Assembly: GCF_018350175.1 (NCBI RefSeq)
Contig: NC_058384.1
Coordinates: 65,720,001 to 65,784,000 of the forward strand
DNA length: 64,000 nucleotides
DNA from: Felis catus
Taxonomy: Eukaryota
Reading direction: 5' to 3'
Shown: positions 45,503 to 57,957 of the stretch, in pieces
Numbering within the stretch: the first letter of the stretch is position 1
Layout of the letters: each line of letters begins with the position of its first letter
The notes under the pieces: model-generated
Told to the model about the DNA's origin: nothing
The model's database searches: none
What the model saw: only the letters and a program-made list of their open reading frames with translations
Made by a program: the position numbers and the translations under genes

Positions 45503-46899
45503 AAGACTGATTTTTAAGGTCCTGAGTAGCACTAAGCAGGCCAATCACAATTCAATTCACAATTCAATTCACAACTCAAGAAAATATAACTTTAAGCATG
45601 TCAACCTAAAGTATTTACAGATTAGAAAGAAAGATTAGAGGAGAGTGAATTACAGCTGGAGGCGAGACAGCAGTTAAACCCCCACCACAGAGGCATCCAC
45701 ACTGAGGAGGGTGAGTTAGCGTGAGCCCAGCCAACAAGATTCTCCCACCTCATGGAGTTCTGTTCCATATAAGTCAGTGAAAGATTATTTTTAAATGCAA
45801 TTTTAGTTTTCCTACTCATTGATCTATAACAATATTAACATTCACAAGGATCGAGAATTGATCAGATTGACTGGGTATTTACACTCAGAGAAAAAATTCA
45901 ACACTAAACTCCCGATCCTTTTCTCATCTCCCTTGATGATTTTAATGAGATATCACAAGTGCACACATTTTCAGAAAACCAGCCATTGTGAAATTAAAGA
46001 TGGGATTCTGCGTGGCCCAGGTCAGTTCTGCACGTCTCCACAGGACATCTTTCCTTTGAGAAGACAATCGCTCAGAAAAGCGTCCTGCACACTCCCGTGC
46101 CATGAGTCCCTCCTCCTGCTCTCCTGGTGATTAAAATGTGGCCATGGCCCAAGTGCACCGGTCTGAGTGAGGGGTTGAGCCCAGTGACCAGACATACAGG
46201 CAACATCTGTCTAACAGGATGAGAGAGACCATCTCACGGCAAAAACAGGGTTCCAGAAATGCCCATCTCCTAGCACATTATCCCTATGCCTTGTGCACCT
46301 GTTCAACTTCTGTTTATTAATTCAAACTCGCTCAGCGCTCCATGACATGACTTCCTCTATCTTTTCCCCCCAAAAACGTCTGCACTTCCTGAGATGACTT
46401 TCCGCACTATTTCCTTGAACTATCCCACTTAATCTTGACCTTGCCAAAAGGAAAACCTTTCGGAACATGATTTTGCTGTTTGCTTTTTCCCTCCGGTGTC
46501 TCCGTCAAGAAAGTTGCTCATTGCCCCTGATGAATCTTTATTAGCAAGGTGGAAAGGACTTTGATGCAGGAATCTTTCCCAGGGGGTGTGATAGCACAAC
46601 AACAGGGCAGACGTTGTGTCTGTGCTGGGCAAGAGACCGAGAGACGTCGCTGGCAGCTACCGGGGGAGCAGCCGCTCAGGATGAATTTATAGGAGGAGTG
46701 AACTCTGCAGAGGGGATACGCCGGGGTTGGGGGGCGGGGGAGAGTCGATGGCTGCACTGGGTGCGTCCACAGGGCTCTGAAGGGTTAAGAGCAAATCCTT
46801 AAACACCATACATCCTGGAGACCAAGAGGAAAGGGTCAGGTCTGGGATACATGTGTCCCTCTGGGGGCTCAAAACAGCTGTGTGAGAAGGTCAACAGGT

Positions 46900-47600
46900 G
46901 TTGGCAAAAAATGAGGACGATAAATTATTGATCTCGCAAACGTCTCGCAATACATTTAGCAATTTCTAGTCGAGCTCTAGTAAAATAAAATTTTTATTTT
47001 ATTAGAATATAAAGAAAGACTCTTTTCTGAGGGATACAGAATAAAACCTGTGTAAATATGTAACCTTGTACCAGGATAAGGTGTCTCAATTCTGTAGAGA
47101 TACCAAGTCATCCTTTTTGCATCTTTAACTTCAAATCGATGCCAGTATCTCTTTTTCGATAGTGTGATAAACACCCCTGCATCTCTAATGAAAGGCTAAT
47201 GGCAGATGATGGTACAAACTGCCCTGCTGAAAGCAAAATGCACCATAAAATGACAATCATTAATTTAGTGTGACAGTAAAGCAAACTGGACCCACGGATC
47301 AAAGCACAGAGCGGAAAATCCAAAAGTCACATTATTGTGCAGCCAAATAATTGAGGAAGGGTTATCTTTAAAAGAAATGGAGCTATGCACATCATTTAAT
47401 GTTAAAAGAATGCCAATAAGATTTTATTTCACACTTTTTTATTCCAAAAATTGATCAGCTATCACAACATTTTACAATATGGTGACTTTAAAAGAAAACT
47501 TAAGTAAATACAGTCAATCTTAAGGAGCTCTCTAAACATGAAAACGGAAATAGTAAACAGGAAATTATTTTAACGTATAAATGATTTATACAATATCGCT
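46900..47600 (-). mobile_element. hAT/Charlie DNA transposon remnant
   Basis: ORF 46977..47174 KKRYWHRFEVKDAKRMTW resembles the Charlie transposase C-terminal K.KYRNRLDVEDDMRVAL. Confidence 0.45.
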
Positions 47601-47625
47601 TAGCTGTTAATTAAAATAAAGGACA

Positions 47626-47870
47626 GGGGCATCTGGGTGGCTCAGCCAGTTAAGCATCCAACTCTTGGTTTCGGCTGAGGTCACGATCTTGGGGTTTCGT
47701 GAGTTCAAGCCCAGCATCGGGCTCTGTGCNNNNNNNNNNNNNNNNNNNNNNNNNNNNNNNNNNNNNNNNNNNNNNNNNNNNNNNNNNNNNNNNNNNNNNN
47801 NNNNNNNNNNNNNNNNNNNNNNNNNNNNNNNNNNNNNNNNNNNNNNNNNNNNNNNNNNNNNNNTTGACAT
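47626..47870 (+). mobile_element. Can-SINE spanning an assembly gap
   Basis: 5' half visible to 47729; the flank taaaataaa..gg.cag reappears after the gap. Confidence 0.85.
47730..47863. other. Assembly gap
   Basis: 134 N. Confidence 1.
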
Positions 47871-48564
47871 AAAATAAAAGGCCAGATGAGCAAAACTATT
47901 TAAGCACTTATAAAAGCAATCACTCATTCATAGCGATATAAATATAGAAAAAATTTAAAGGTCATAAACATAAAGCCAAACAATTCAAAAAATAAAATAC
48001 ATGAGTGAACAAGCAATTCAAAAAAAAGAAAACCTAGCACTCTATGAAACCATTTAGGAAGACGTGCAAGTGGGTAAGGAACTGAATTAGCACCGAATTA
48101 GCACCGAGGACGGTCACGAGGATTAGGTGACACGACAAGGGCGAAGTTGTTCGTAATCTCCTGACCCATGGCAGCCAGCAGACGACAGCCGGTGTTCTGC
48201 ACGCCCCGCACCCCCAGAGTGGCCGGGGTTCCTGCAGCCGGGCTGCTGAGTGCAGGAACAGGGTCATCGAGGTCTGAGGGAGCTGATGCCACACTGACTC
48301 CAGAGAAGTGTCACCTGGCCCCACCCCCAGCAACACGCGAGAGTCAAGGCTCAGCGTCCCTGCTGGAAATGAAAAGTAGCAGCTGCTACTTTCGCCAGTA
48401 AAAGGCAGAAGATATTTAGTCTATATCGTTGCTATTACTCATGTGCTGTTCTGCTGGCCTTTTCCGTCTAGAGGTTGACTATTCTTGTGTGTGTTCGCAA
48501 TCTTGCGCTGTCTCACTAGCTCATACTTTGCTTTTTCTTCGGTTTTCTTCTCGCGAGCGCGAAG

Positions 48565-48800
48565 GGGGCACAGTGTACTGGGTCAGGGCGTGGATTCGTA
48601 GCCTCACTGTCTGTATCCAGCTCCTTCACTCGCAGCTGTGTGACCGTAGGCAAATTACTTCATCTTTCTGTTCATCGCCTTCCTCATCCGTTAAATTGTG
48701 ACATGATATTATTTGTATGATCAACTACTGTGAGGATTATATTGCATTAATAAATGTAAGGTTATAACAATGCCTGAATATAGTGCATTCTGTATAAATG
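48565..48800 (+). mobile_element. MIR
   Basis: cagctgtgtgaccgtaggcaaattacttcatctttctg...cctcatccgttaaat core. Confidence 0.55.
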
Positions 48801-49117
48801 CTGTTGAAATTACTCTACACATATTAACCATCTGCCCTACGCGTCACGGCATGACCCACCTGTCACCTGCTGATAGGAAATAGGCTTGACTCAGGTGCTG
48901 TGTCCTCACGTGCACCGGGTCTGCCCTGCCTTCCTTTATGTAGCTCCTTCTCCAACCGCTCGTGATGAGATTTTGTAATTGCCCCGTACAGAAGTCTGGC
49001 ATATGAATTTTTTAAACATTTCTATTTTGAGGATTTTGTACATAGCATCTTTCTTTTTTTTTTTTTTCAAATCCCTTGTTGCAATGTTTGGAAATGCAAG
49101 AGATCTGTAATGCAATG

Positions 49118-49362
49118 CTTTTTGTTTTGTTTTGTTTTGTGTTTTTAATTTTTTTTTCAACGTTTTTATTTATTTTTGGGACAGAGAGAGACAGAGCATG
49201 AACAGGGGAGGGGCAGAGAGAGAGGGAGACACAGAATCGGAAACAGGCTCCAGGCTCCGAGCCATCAGCCCAGAGCCTGACGCGGGGCTCGAACTCACGG
49301 ACCGTGAGATCGTGACCTGGCTGAAGTCGGACGCTTAACCGACTGCGCCACCCAGGCGCCCC
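49118..49362 (-). mobile_element. Young Can-SINE
   Basis: TSD tgtaatgcaatg.tttt. Confidence 0.96.
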
Positions 49363-50927
49363 TGTAATGCAATGTTTTAAAGTTTAACAGAACTGCTAAA
49401 TATTGTGATTACTTCAAATAAATTCTTGTAAATTCTTTTGGACTCCTACACACATAATAACATCATTTGCAAGTAAAGACAATTTGATTCTTCTTTCCCA
49501 ATCTTTTTTTTTTTTTTATCCTTTTATTCTACTCTCTGGAGCCTCCTGTGAAACATTGAATAGAAGTGAGATGGATGGGCTATTGGTATTTATCTCAAAG
49601 GAACAACTTCCAACGTGTCGCTATTAAATTTGAAATTTTCTCTAGTTTCTTTGTGTATAAACTTTACCAGATTAAGAGATAGCTTTCTCTTTCTCATTTG
49701 ATACAAGTTTTTTTTTTTGAATGATTATATTATTGTCCTTCTTTAATTGGTTAAAGTGGGAAATTTTATTACAATTTTCCTAATGTCAAAAAAAGAGCCC
49801 CTTGCATTTTGGAGCTAAACTCACTGTAGGTCATTTTGTTTTGTCTTTTAAAACATGTGCTAATATTCATTATGTGGTCTTGTGTGTGTGTGTGCATGCA
49901 TGTGTGTGTGCCCGTGCTGGTGAATGCATGCATGTATGTGTGTGTGTGCATCTATATACACAAGGTATGAATTTCCACTTCTCTTAGGAGTTCCATTTGG
50001 CATTATATAATCTATCATCGAGTTTTGATATCAAGATGACACTAGCCTCACAAAATGACTTGGGGAGTATTGTCTCTTCATGTGAGTCATTGAAATTGTG
50101 GAGGCCATCTGGGCCTGGATATTTCTTTATTGAATGGCTTATAAATGATTCAATTGTTTAATGTTTAAATAAACACTCGTATCTTCCAGAATGGATCATG
50201 TGAAGGTTTATTTTACTGAGACTTCATTGATTTTCATCTAACTTTTATAGATGTAGATATCACACTCGCCCCAGTGTGCTTTTATTAACATATTATTCCC
50301 CACATCATCTGTGGTCATATCCCCTTTATCAATTCTAATAATGTATATTGAATTTGTCTTTTTCTGATCAGGCTTACTGGAGATTTATCACATCGGTTTT
50401 GCTCAGAGGAACAATTTTTGACTTTGCTAATTGTCTATATATTAAATTTCTCTTCTGTTTCACCTATTTCAATTCCTACTTTGACTGTAACCTTTCTTTC
50501 CTCCAATGTTTATTTTTAGATCTTTTCTCTAATACATGATTTCAAGGCTGTGCAAGTAGCTTTCAGTCCTTCTTCCTTCGTGTTGTAGGTATTTATGGCC
50601 ATCGATTCCCTTCTAAGTGCTATGGTAGCTGAATCTCACAAGCTCTCAGATGCAATATTTTAAAAATATTTTCTCACTAGAGAATTCTCCTTTAACTAGC
50701 AGTTATGTATACTTCCTAAATTCCCAACATATGGGGGATTTTCTAGCTATACTTTGTATTTATTTGTTTATTCGGGAAATATTTATTGATTGCTATGTAC
50801 CATGCATGCTTCTAGGACCAGATATGGATCAGAAGCAAAGTGAAGAAACATCCCTGACCTTTGTGGGCTTTATGTTTTTGGCGTTGTTATTGATATGTGC
50901 AGTGTAGGCTAAAAGTATGCTCTATGT

Positions 50928-51614
50928 AATGGGAACCCTCTTGCACTGTTGGTGGGAATGCAAACTGGTGCAGCCGCTCTGGAAAAGAGTGTGGAGGTTC
51001 CTCAAAAGATTAAAAATAGAACTACCCTATGACTCAGCAGTAGCACTACTAGGAATTTATCCAAAGGGTAGAGGAGTGCTGATTTGAAGGGCAGCTTTGT
51101 CAGCAAAAGCCAAATTATGGAAGGAACCCAAATGTCCATCAACTGACGAATGGATAAAGAGGATCTATCTGATTTTATATACAATGGAACACTACTCGGC
51201 AATGAGAAAGAATGAAATCATGCCATCTGCAGCAATGTGGATGGAACTAGAAGGCATTATGCTGGGTGACATAAGTCAGCCAGAGAAAGACAGATAACCA
51301 TATGTTTTCACTCCTATGTGGATATTGAGAAACTTAACAGAAGACCATGGGGAAAGGGAAGGGGGAAAAAATAGTTACAAACAGAGAGGGAGGGAAGCAA
51401 ACCATAAGAGACACTTAAATACAGAGAACAAACTGAGGGTTGATGGGGGACAGGGGAAAATGGGTGATGGGCATTGAGGAGGGCACGTGTTGCAGGTAAG
51501 GGATGAACCACGGGAATCTAACCCCAAGACCAAGAGCACACTTTACACACTGTATGGTAGCCAATTTGATAATAAATTATATTTTAAAAAATAATAATAA
51601 ATAAATAAATAAAA
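50928..51614 (+). mobile_element. 5'-truncated carnivore L1
   Basis: ORF2 C-terminus (WKEPKCPSTDEWIK; MELEGIML), 3'UTR, A-tail, TSD atgctctatgt on both sides. Confidence 0.92.
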
Positions 51615-51953
51615 ACATGCTCTATGTGATTTTAATCCTTTGATGTGAGTTGAAATTTTCTTTATTGTCCAGTGTGTAGATATACATTCTGCAATTGTTA
51701 GCTGAAGGATTTTGCTATTTTTTCCTAAATAAAAAGCTTTAACATTGTTCAGTGTTTCTGTGTCCTTACTAATCTGTACTCTATTTTTTATATGACTTAC
51801 CAAGAAAGGGGTATTAAACTCCCCACAATGACTGTGGATTTTCTGTTTCTTCCCTTAAGTCTATTAATATTTATATACATGTTACATAAATATTATAAAT
51901 ATGTATATATATTCAAATTATGGTAGCTTCCTAATAATGAATTAAACCATATC

Positions 51954-51984
<31 letters not shown>

Positions 51985-52024
51985 GAAATAGAAATAGAAA
52001 TAGAAATATATATATATATATATA
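51954..52024. repeat. Compound microsatellite (TA)n(GAAATA)5(TA)n
   Basis: Direct reading. Confidence 0.92.
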
Positions 52025-52329
52025 GTAAACCAAACTCCTTTACCATTGGTAATGTTTTTTGCCATAGAGCCTAAATGTCACGTTTTAATACAGCTAGCAC
52101 TATATTTCTTTGTTTGGTCTTTGTAAGCCTTGAGTATTTCTTTTGCATCATATTAGCCAAATTTTACCAAGTTGCGCTGTAATAATAGACATTTCTAAAT
52201 TCTAAGTGGTTGACAACTTCAAAGGTTTGTTTCTTGAGCCAGGTGTGTTTGGATACCAGGTGGTTCCACTTTGATATCAGGCTCTGTTTCCGCCTTTCTG
52301 CAATCCAGAATGAAGAAATTGCCCTTATC

Positions 52330-55050
52330 TGTGGCCAGCCATTCTCCTTGTGGAAGGGAAGGAGGCAGGTAGATCTATGCCGTGGTTCTTAAAGCTTCTG
52401 CTAAAATGTGGTCCACACCAGCTTTTACGTTTCCTAGCTAAAGCAAGTCTCATGGTCAAGCTTGATGTCAATGAGACAGCTAAGTACACTTTCCCCACAG
52501 GGAGCACTGCAGATCCAATGGCTATGAACCGAGGCGTTTATACCGATACGTGGAAAGTGAAATCTATGGTGAAGATAATGATCTGAAATTTTCTTTCGTT
52601 ATATTTTCTTTTTTTATTCTTCCCCTTGTCAAGAACAGGAATTAATATCATGCTGATGTTCAAAATACACCCATTCGCTCCAGATCTTTGACCCTACCTT
52701 CTTCCCCAGAAAGCTGACTTATCAATTACAGTAATTGGATAAAAGTATGAAGGACATCAAAACTAGGATGCCGCTAATCCCAAGTAACTCCGTTGTCTAT
52801 GCAATTCTCCTATGCTTCGAACTTCCTCAATTTTAATGTGCCATTTATTTTCCGTTGGGACCTTGACTGATGCAATGACTAGGAACAGAGATGACTAAAA
52901 AACATGGGTTTCCAGGATGAAGTTATTTATCTATCTAAGAAGACACAGATAACCTCCTTACTAGTGTGAAAAGGGATGAGTTCATGCTCAGATAAGCATC
53001 AGTGTGGCATAGTTTGAATTGTGGAGGAAGACCACAGCATCAGGCAGTCATGTGCTTTGGCTCAGATGGCATGCCAGTCACAGTGACTATACAGAATTTT
53101 TAAGCTCCTGGTATTCTTACAATGATAGAGAGTGAGTGAACACAGACAAAGTTACGAGTAATGAATAGACAATTTAAAAGACGTGGAAAATCAGAACGCC
53201 CTCTTAACAAATTTGAAGGAGGCCACATCATCTGGAGTCTTACGACAGCCATCGCGGAGGGTGAAGTCCGCAGTCTGGATGTGTATTTAGCTTTTAAACA
53301 TAAACCTGATGAGAGCTCTTATGCTAAAGGAGACATGAGACGTGGGATGAATACATTTCAGATGACCTAAGTGAGGCCGAGGTCTTGATTCTCCAGTTCC
53401 CCTGAACCACCCTTGTCTGTTGAAGAAGATACCACCCCAACCCCCACACATCTAAGGGAATCAACCGTCCTCTGCATAAAAGACTCTGTGGTTGCACCTG
53501 GGCTAGTTGCCCCTTCACCTAACAGGCCCCCAACAGGATTGAGATCACAACGAGATTTGGGTAGAAGGGTGGAAGGCCAGCTCTGAGGTAGCTTAGACAG
53601 AAAAAACAAAAACCTATCAGTCCTGCCAACTTGTATCAGTGGGGGTCAGGAGGCCATGTCCCTATGCAAAAAAAGAACTGTGAAGATCTTAGACCAAAGG
53701 GGAAGACACATCAATTTCAATCTTGTTACATTCGTTGATACAGGAGCACTCAACTGGGATTCAGAATTTAATAGGTGGACTCATGCCTCCAGAAAAGGCA
53801 TTGTCTGCTAGAATAATTGAAGCCTGAACTAAATATTGACCTATGGTTAATACATTGGAAAGGGCACAGCTTTTGTAACACACCATAATGAATCCAAAAG
53901 CTCTGGGAAATGAATGTGTTGGGATAGAAACACTATAGAAAACTGCCATATACAACACTAACCACCAACACCCAGGGGACCTCGTTGCATTTACAGAATG
54001 CAGTAGTGAATATCAACATCCTTAAAGAGTTCTGTGGTGATTGCTATTATAGACTAGAGGTGATGGGTAATAGTACTCTGGAGAATGGAAGCCTGGGGGT
54101 CACACAAAACTGTCAGAGATACGATGTGGACAATAAACAATATAAACTGAAGCATGTGATGATGATTAGTGCTATGAACTGCAAAGATCTGTGGAAACGG
54201 CCAGTTGACCGTGGGATTTCTGACAACAAAATAGATGAGCAGCCAATCAATAAACTGTTTGATCGTAGTCTATGTCTGATGGATGACTGTGCAAGTTGCC
54301 AGTATGGTAATTCATAGCCTCTTACCTAAATTTCAGTACGACACCAATTCCCAAACCTGAAACTCCTTGATTGTAAAAGAAGATGGATAATTTTGAGGAA
54401 GGACGCACAACATGGCCACAATTGTATCCTGAAAATCTTGACCCAGTAATTCCCAGAGAGATCTCCACCACTTACCAAAGTGCCTGTGCACTGGATAAAG
54501 GAAAATATTCAGACCTTGTGGAGGTTCTTAGATACCGTCCGTACGCTTAGGCACATCCCGAGAGACTCAGAATGCCACTATGATCTACTGGTCAGAGTAG
54601 AAACCAATGGGGGGCAGATATTAGGTGAAGTCTTGGTTCAGGTCTGCCAGGATTTGAGGCTCTTTGAAACCGGGCTCAGGCTCTGAGAAGGCTGGTGGTT
54701 TATTTCTTCTTTGCCTCATTCCTATTATGTTCCTCTTGTGGGTCTCAACTGAAACGCTTGGGGAGTTCACCAGCTCACCACTCCATTGTGGTCTTTTGTC
54801 GTCCAACTCCATGAGTCTCAATCTCTTGACTTTTTGGTAGTCTCTTCCAAAACTGCCAGGTTCTCTGGCGAGTGGATGCTCCCCATGTACTAGAACAATC
54901 TCTCCAGGTTTCTTGCTTTTCCTGGATTCTGCTCCTTAGGGTCCTGATGTCTTCAAACCAATTTTTCTCCAATATTTTCTTGTAGCTTTTCTGGTTATTC
55001 CTGGTGGGTGGGTTGAGTCAAAATTTCCTCATCTATTATTCCTAAAAGAG
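52330..55050. mobile_element. Degenerate ERVL-MaLR LTR/internal fragments
   Basis: MLT-like motif gcaagtctcatggtcaagcttga near 52440; MLT-int-like sequence 53000-54650. Confidence 0.4.
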
Positions 55051-55154
55051 GAACTCCTATTTTCTTTTGTTAACTAAAGTAGATGTTCTAAAGCATAAAG
55101 TGCACAGATCAGAAGTTGTATAGTTTGAGGAGTTTTTATAAATTAAACACACCA

Positions 55155-55374
55155 GGGGCGCCTGGGTGGCTCAGTCGGTTAAGTGTCTGACTTCAGCTCA
55201 GGTCATGATCTTACACTCCGTGAGTTCAAGCCCCGCGTCGGGCTCTGTGCTGACAGCTCGGAGCCTGGAGCCTGCTTTGGATTCTGTGACTCCTTCTGTC
55301 TCTGCCCCTCCACCTCTCACTCTGTCTCTCTTTCAAAAATAAATAAACATTAAAAAAAAATTTTTTAATTAATT
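55155..55374 (+). mobile_element. Can-SINE
   Basis: TSD aattaaacacacca. Confidence 0.95.
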
Positions 55375-55716
55375 AATTAAACACACCAGATAAATAAATT
55401 ATCGTGAGAACTTCATAAGGCTCCATTGTGATTCTTCCCAGGCATTATCGCCCAAACCTAACCTTTACCCTGGCTTCTATCACCATAATTTTCACCCTTT
55501 TTTGGTCATTATACAATGAAATTATGTGTGTCTGGTTAATTTCTCCGGATATCATGTGTGAGAATTTGATGTTTTTATCTTTTCAGAGTATCTTTAGCTT
55601 TACAGAAAATAATGCATAAAAACACAGAGTTCCCGTATGTACCCTCCCCAACCAATATACCCAGCATCTCCTATGACTAACATCTTGAAATATTGGACTA
55701 CATTTGTCAAATTTAG

Positions 55717-55865
55717 GTTTTTTTTTTAATGTTTGTTTATTTATTTTGAGAGAGAGAGAGGGAATCCCAGGCAGGCTCTTCACTGACAGCATGGAACCGT
55801 GAAATCATGACCCAAGCTGAAATCAAGAATCAGATGCTTAACTGACCGAGCCACCCAGGCAGCCC
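55717..55865 (-). mobile_element. Can-SINE, older, internally deleted
   Basis: Poly-T, (GA)n, gctgaaatcaagaatcagatgcttaactgaccgagccacccaggc. Confidence 0.85.
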
Positions 55866-56364
55866 ACATCTGTCGGATTTGTTGAACTAATATCAACACG
55901 TTAGTATTAACTGAAGTCTATAGTTGAAATTGAGGTTCACACTTTGTATTGTATATAGGTTCTATAGGTTTTCACAAATGCATAATGTCTCACATCCGCC
56001 ATTGTAATACCACAGAGAATAGTTTCAGCCCCCTAAAAATCCCCAAGACTCTACCTTTTTATCCCTCTCTACCTTCCCTGAACCCCGGACAACCACCAAT
56101 CTTTTCACTGTCTCTATAATTTGGTTTTACCCAGAGTGTCAGGTAGTGGAAGTTACACAGTATGTAGCCTTTGCAGACTGGCTTTTTTCACTTAGCAATA
56201 CGCATTTAAGGTTCTTCAATGTCTTTTCATGATAGGATAGCTTCTTTCTTTTTCTATTTATTTATTCCTTCACCAAGACCATGCCGTCTTGATTACTGTT
56301 ACTTTATAGTAAGCCTTGAAGTCAGGTAGCATCAGTCCTCCCATTTGATTGCTCTCTTTTAACG

Positions 56365-56946
56365 TGTTTTAAAATGTAGATTCATTTTTATTCAGATAGA
56401 CCAACATATCAGGAGGTAATTGTCATTGAAAAGATAGTTTGTTACAATTCCTATGACGGGGGTGGGGGTGGGGAGTTACACCATGCCACTCAAGTCAATA
56501 CACCAAGGAACACTGAGTTGGGTCACAGGCAGAGAGGACAAGGGGAAATGAGAAAGATCTCCCTTCCTGCCCGCCTGCCCCCCTCCACCTTTTTATTTGG
56601 TTTTCATGGGAAGGAAAGGGCAAGGCAGGGTAAGCAAGCTAAGCAGGTTTAGGACTGGCCAGTTTGATAATTTCAGGGAGCTCCTGAGTGTGGGGCCATC
56701 CCTAGTTGTCTGAAACATGGCCTTGGGATAACCAGCAAAGGGAAATGATGTAAAGCCTGAAAAAGCAGACATTTTGAGAGTAAGGGCCCTAGACTCTTCA
56801 GTTGGCACACGAAAGGCATGCTCTAAGTAAAGTCATCTGTTATCGCCAGGAATTGGAAGCCTTTAACCCTAGGAGGGCAGTCTCTCCCTGGTCAAGGCCC
56901 CAAATGTTAAAACAACAGATATAGAAACTAGAAAATGTACTTAACA
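56365..56946. mobile_element. Solo LTR, MER21-like, nested in L1
   Basis: TG...CA ends; cattgaaaagatagtttgttac motif; L1 sequence resumes on both sides. Confidence 0.55.
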
Positions 56947-57159
56947 TGCAATACTGCGTTGACTATCCTGGGTCTTTAGCCTTTCCATATAAACTTCATG
57001 GCCAGTTTCTTGATATACCTAAAATAAGTTGCTAGGATTTTGATTGGGATTGCCTTGAATTTATAGATCAAGTTGGGGAGAGCTAACATCTTAACAATAC
57101 TGCGTCTTCCTATCCATGAACATGGACTCTTTTTCCATTGATTGAAATCTTCTATTTCT

Positions 57160-57383
57160 GGGGCGCCTGGATGGCTCAGTCGGTTAAACGTCCGACTTTG
57201 GCTCAGGTCACCATCTCATGGTCCGTGAATTCAAGCCCCGCGTCGGGCTCTGCGCTGACAGCTCAGAGCCTGGAGCCTGTTTCAGATTCTGTGTCTCCCT
57301 CTCTCTCTGACCCTCCCCCGTTCATGCTCTGTCTCTCTCTGTCTCAAAAATAAATAAACATTTAAAAAATTTTAAAAAAAAAA
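57160..57383 (+). mobile_element. Can-SINE
   Basis: Perfect TSD gaaatcttctatttct. Confidence 0.96.
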
Positions 57384-57760
57384 GAAATCTTCTATTTCTT
57401 TCATCAGTATTTTTATAATTTCATAAGATGGACTTTTGTATATTAACTCTGTATCCTGCAGCTTGCTTTAACCTCATCTGTTACTTTCAGGGGTTTTTGG
57501 ATCTAGTCTTTGGGATTTTCTATGTAGACCATCGTGCCACATGTGAAGAGATGTTTTCTTGTTTTTATTTTTATACCTTCTATTTTGTTCTTATGTAGAA
57601 GCTAAGCAGGTTTCCCTTCTCTGGAGATAATCTATTTCTGTCCGGCGGATCTTTAGAAGGATTACCAGTTGAGATCCACTATAAGTTAAATTCAGGGCTC
57701 AAATTTCTTAGACCAAGCAGAGATGCAAACTTGAACTGCAAATCAGAATGAAGGCCTACT

Positions 57761-57957
57761 GGGGCGCCTGGGTGGCGCAGTCGGTTAAGCGTCCGACTTC
57801 AGCCAGGTCACGATCTCGCGGTCCGGGAGTTCGAGCCCCGCGTCGGGCTCTGGGCTGATGGCTCGGAGCCTGGAGCCTGTTTCCGATTCTGTGTCTCCCT
57901 CTCTCTCTGCCCCTCCCCCGTTCATGCTCTGGCTCTCTCTGTCCAAAAAAAAAAAAA
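57761..57957 (+). mobile_element. Young Can-SINE
   Basis: Pure A-tail, perfect TSD agaatgaaggcctact. Confidence 0.97.

Larger units (their letters stand above)
49400..52140 (-). mobile_element. Ancient antisense L1 ORF2 fragments
   Basis: T-rich with L1 motifs (gaggccatctgggcctgga; ctagcctcacaaaatgacttgggga); interrupted by a younger L1. Confidence 0.62.
55575..57600 (-). mobile_element. L1MC-like 3' end and ORF2 fragment
   Basis: Antisense L1 (ttgattgggattgccttgaatttatagatcaagttgggga); interrupted by an LTR and two SINEs. Confidence 0.75.
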
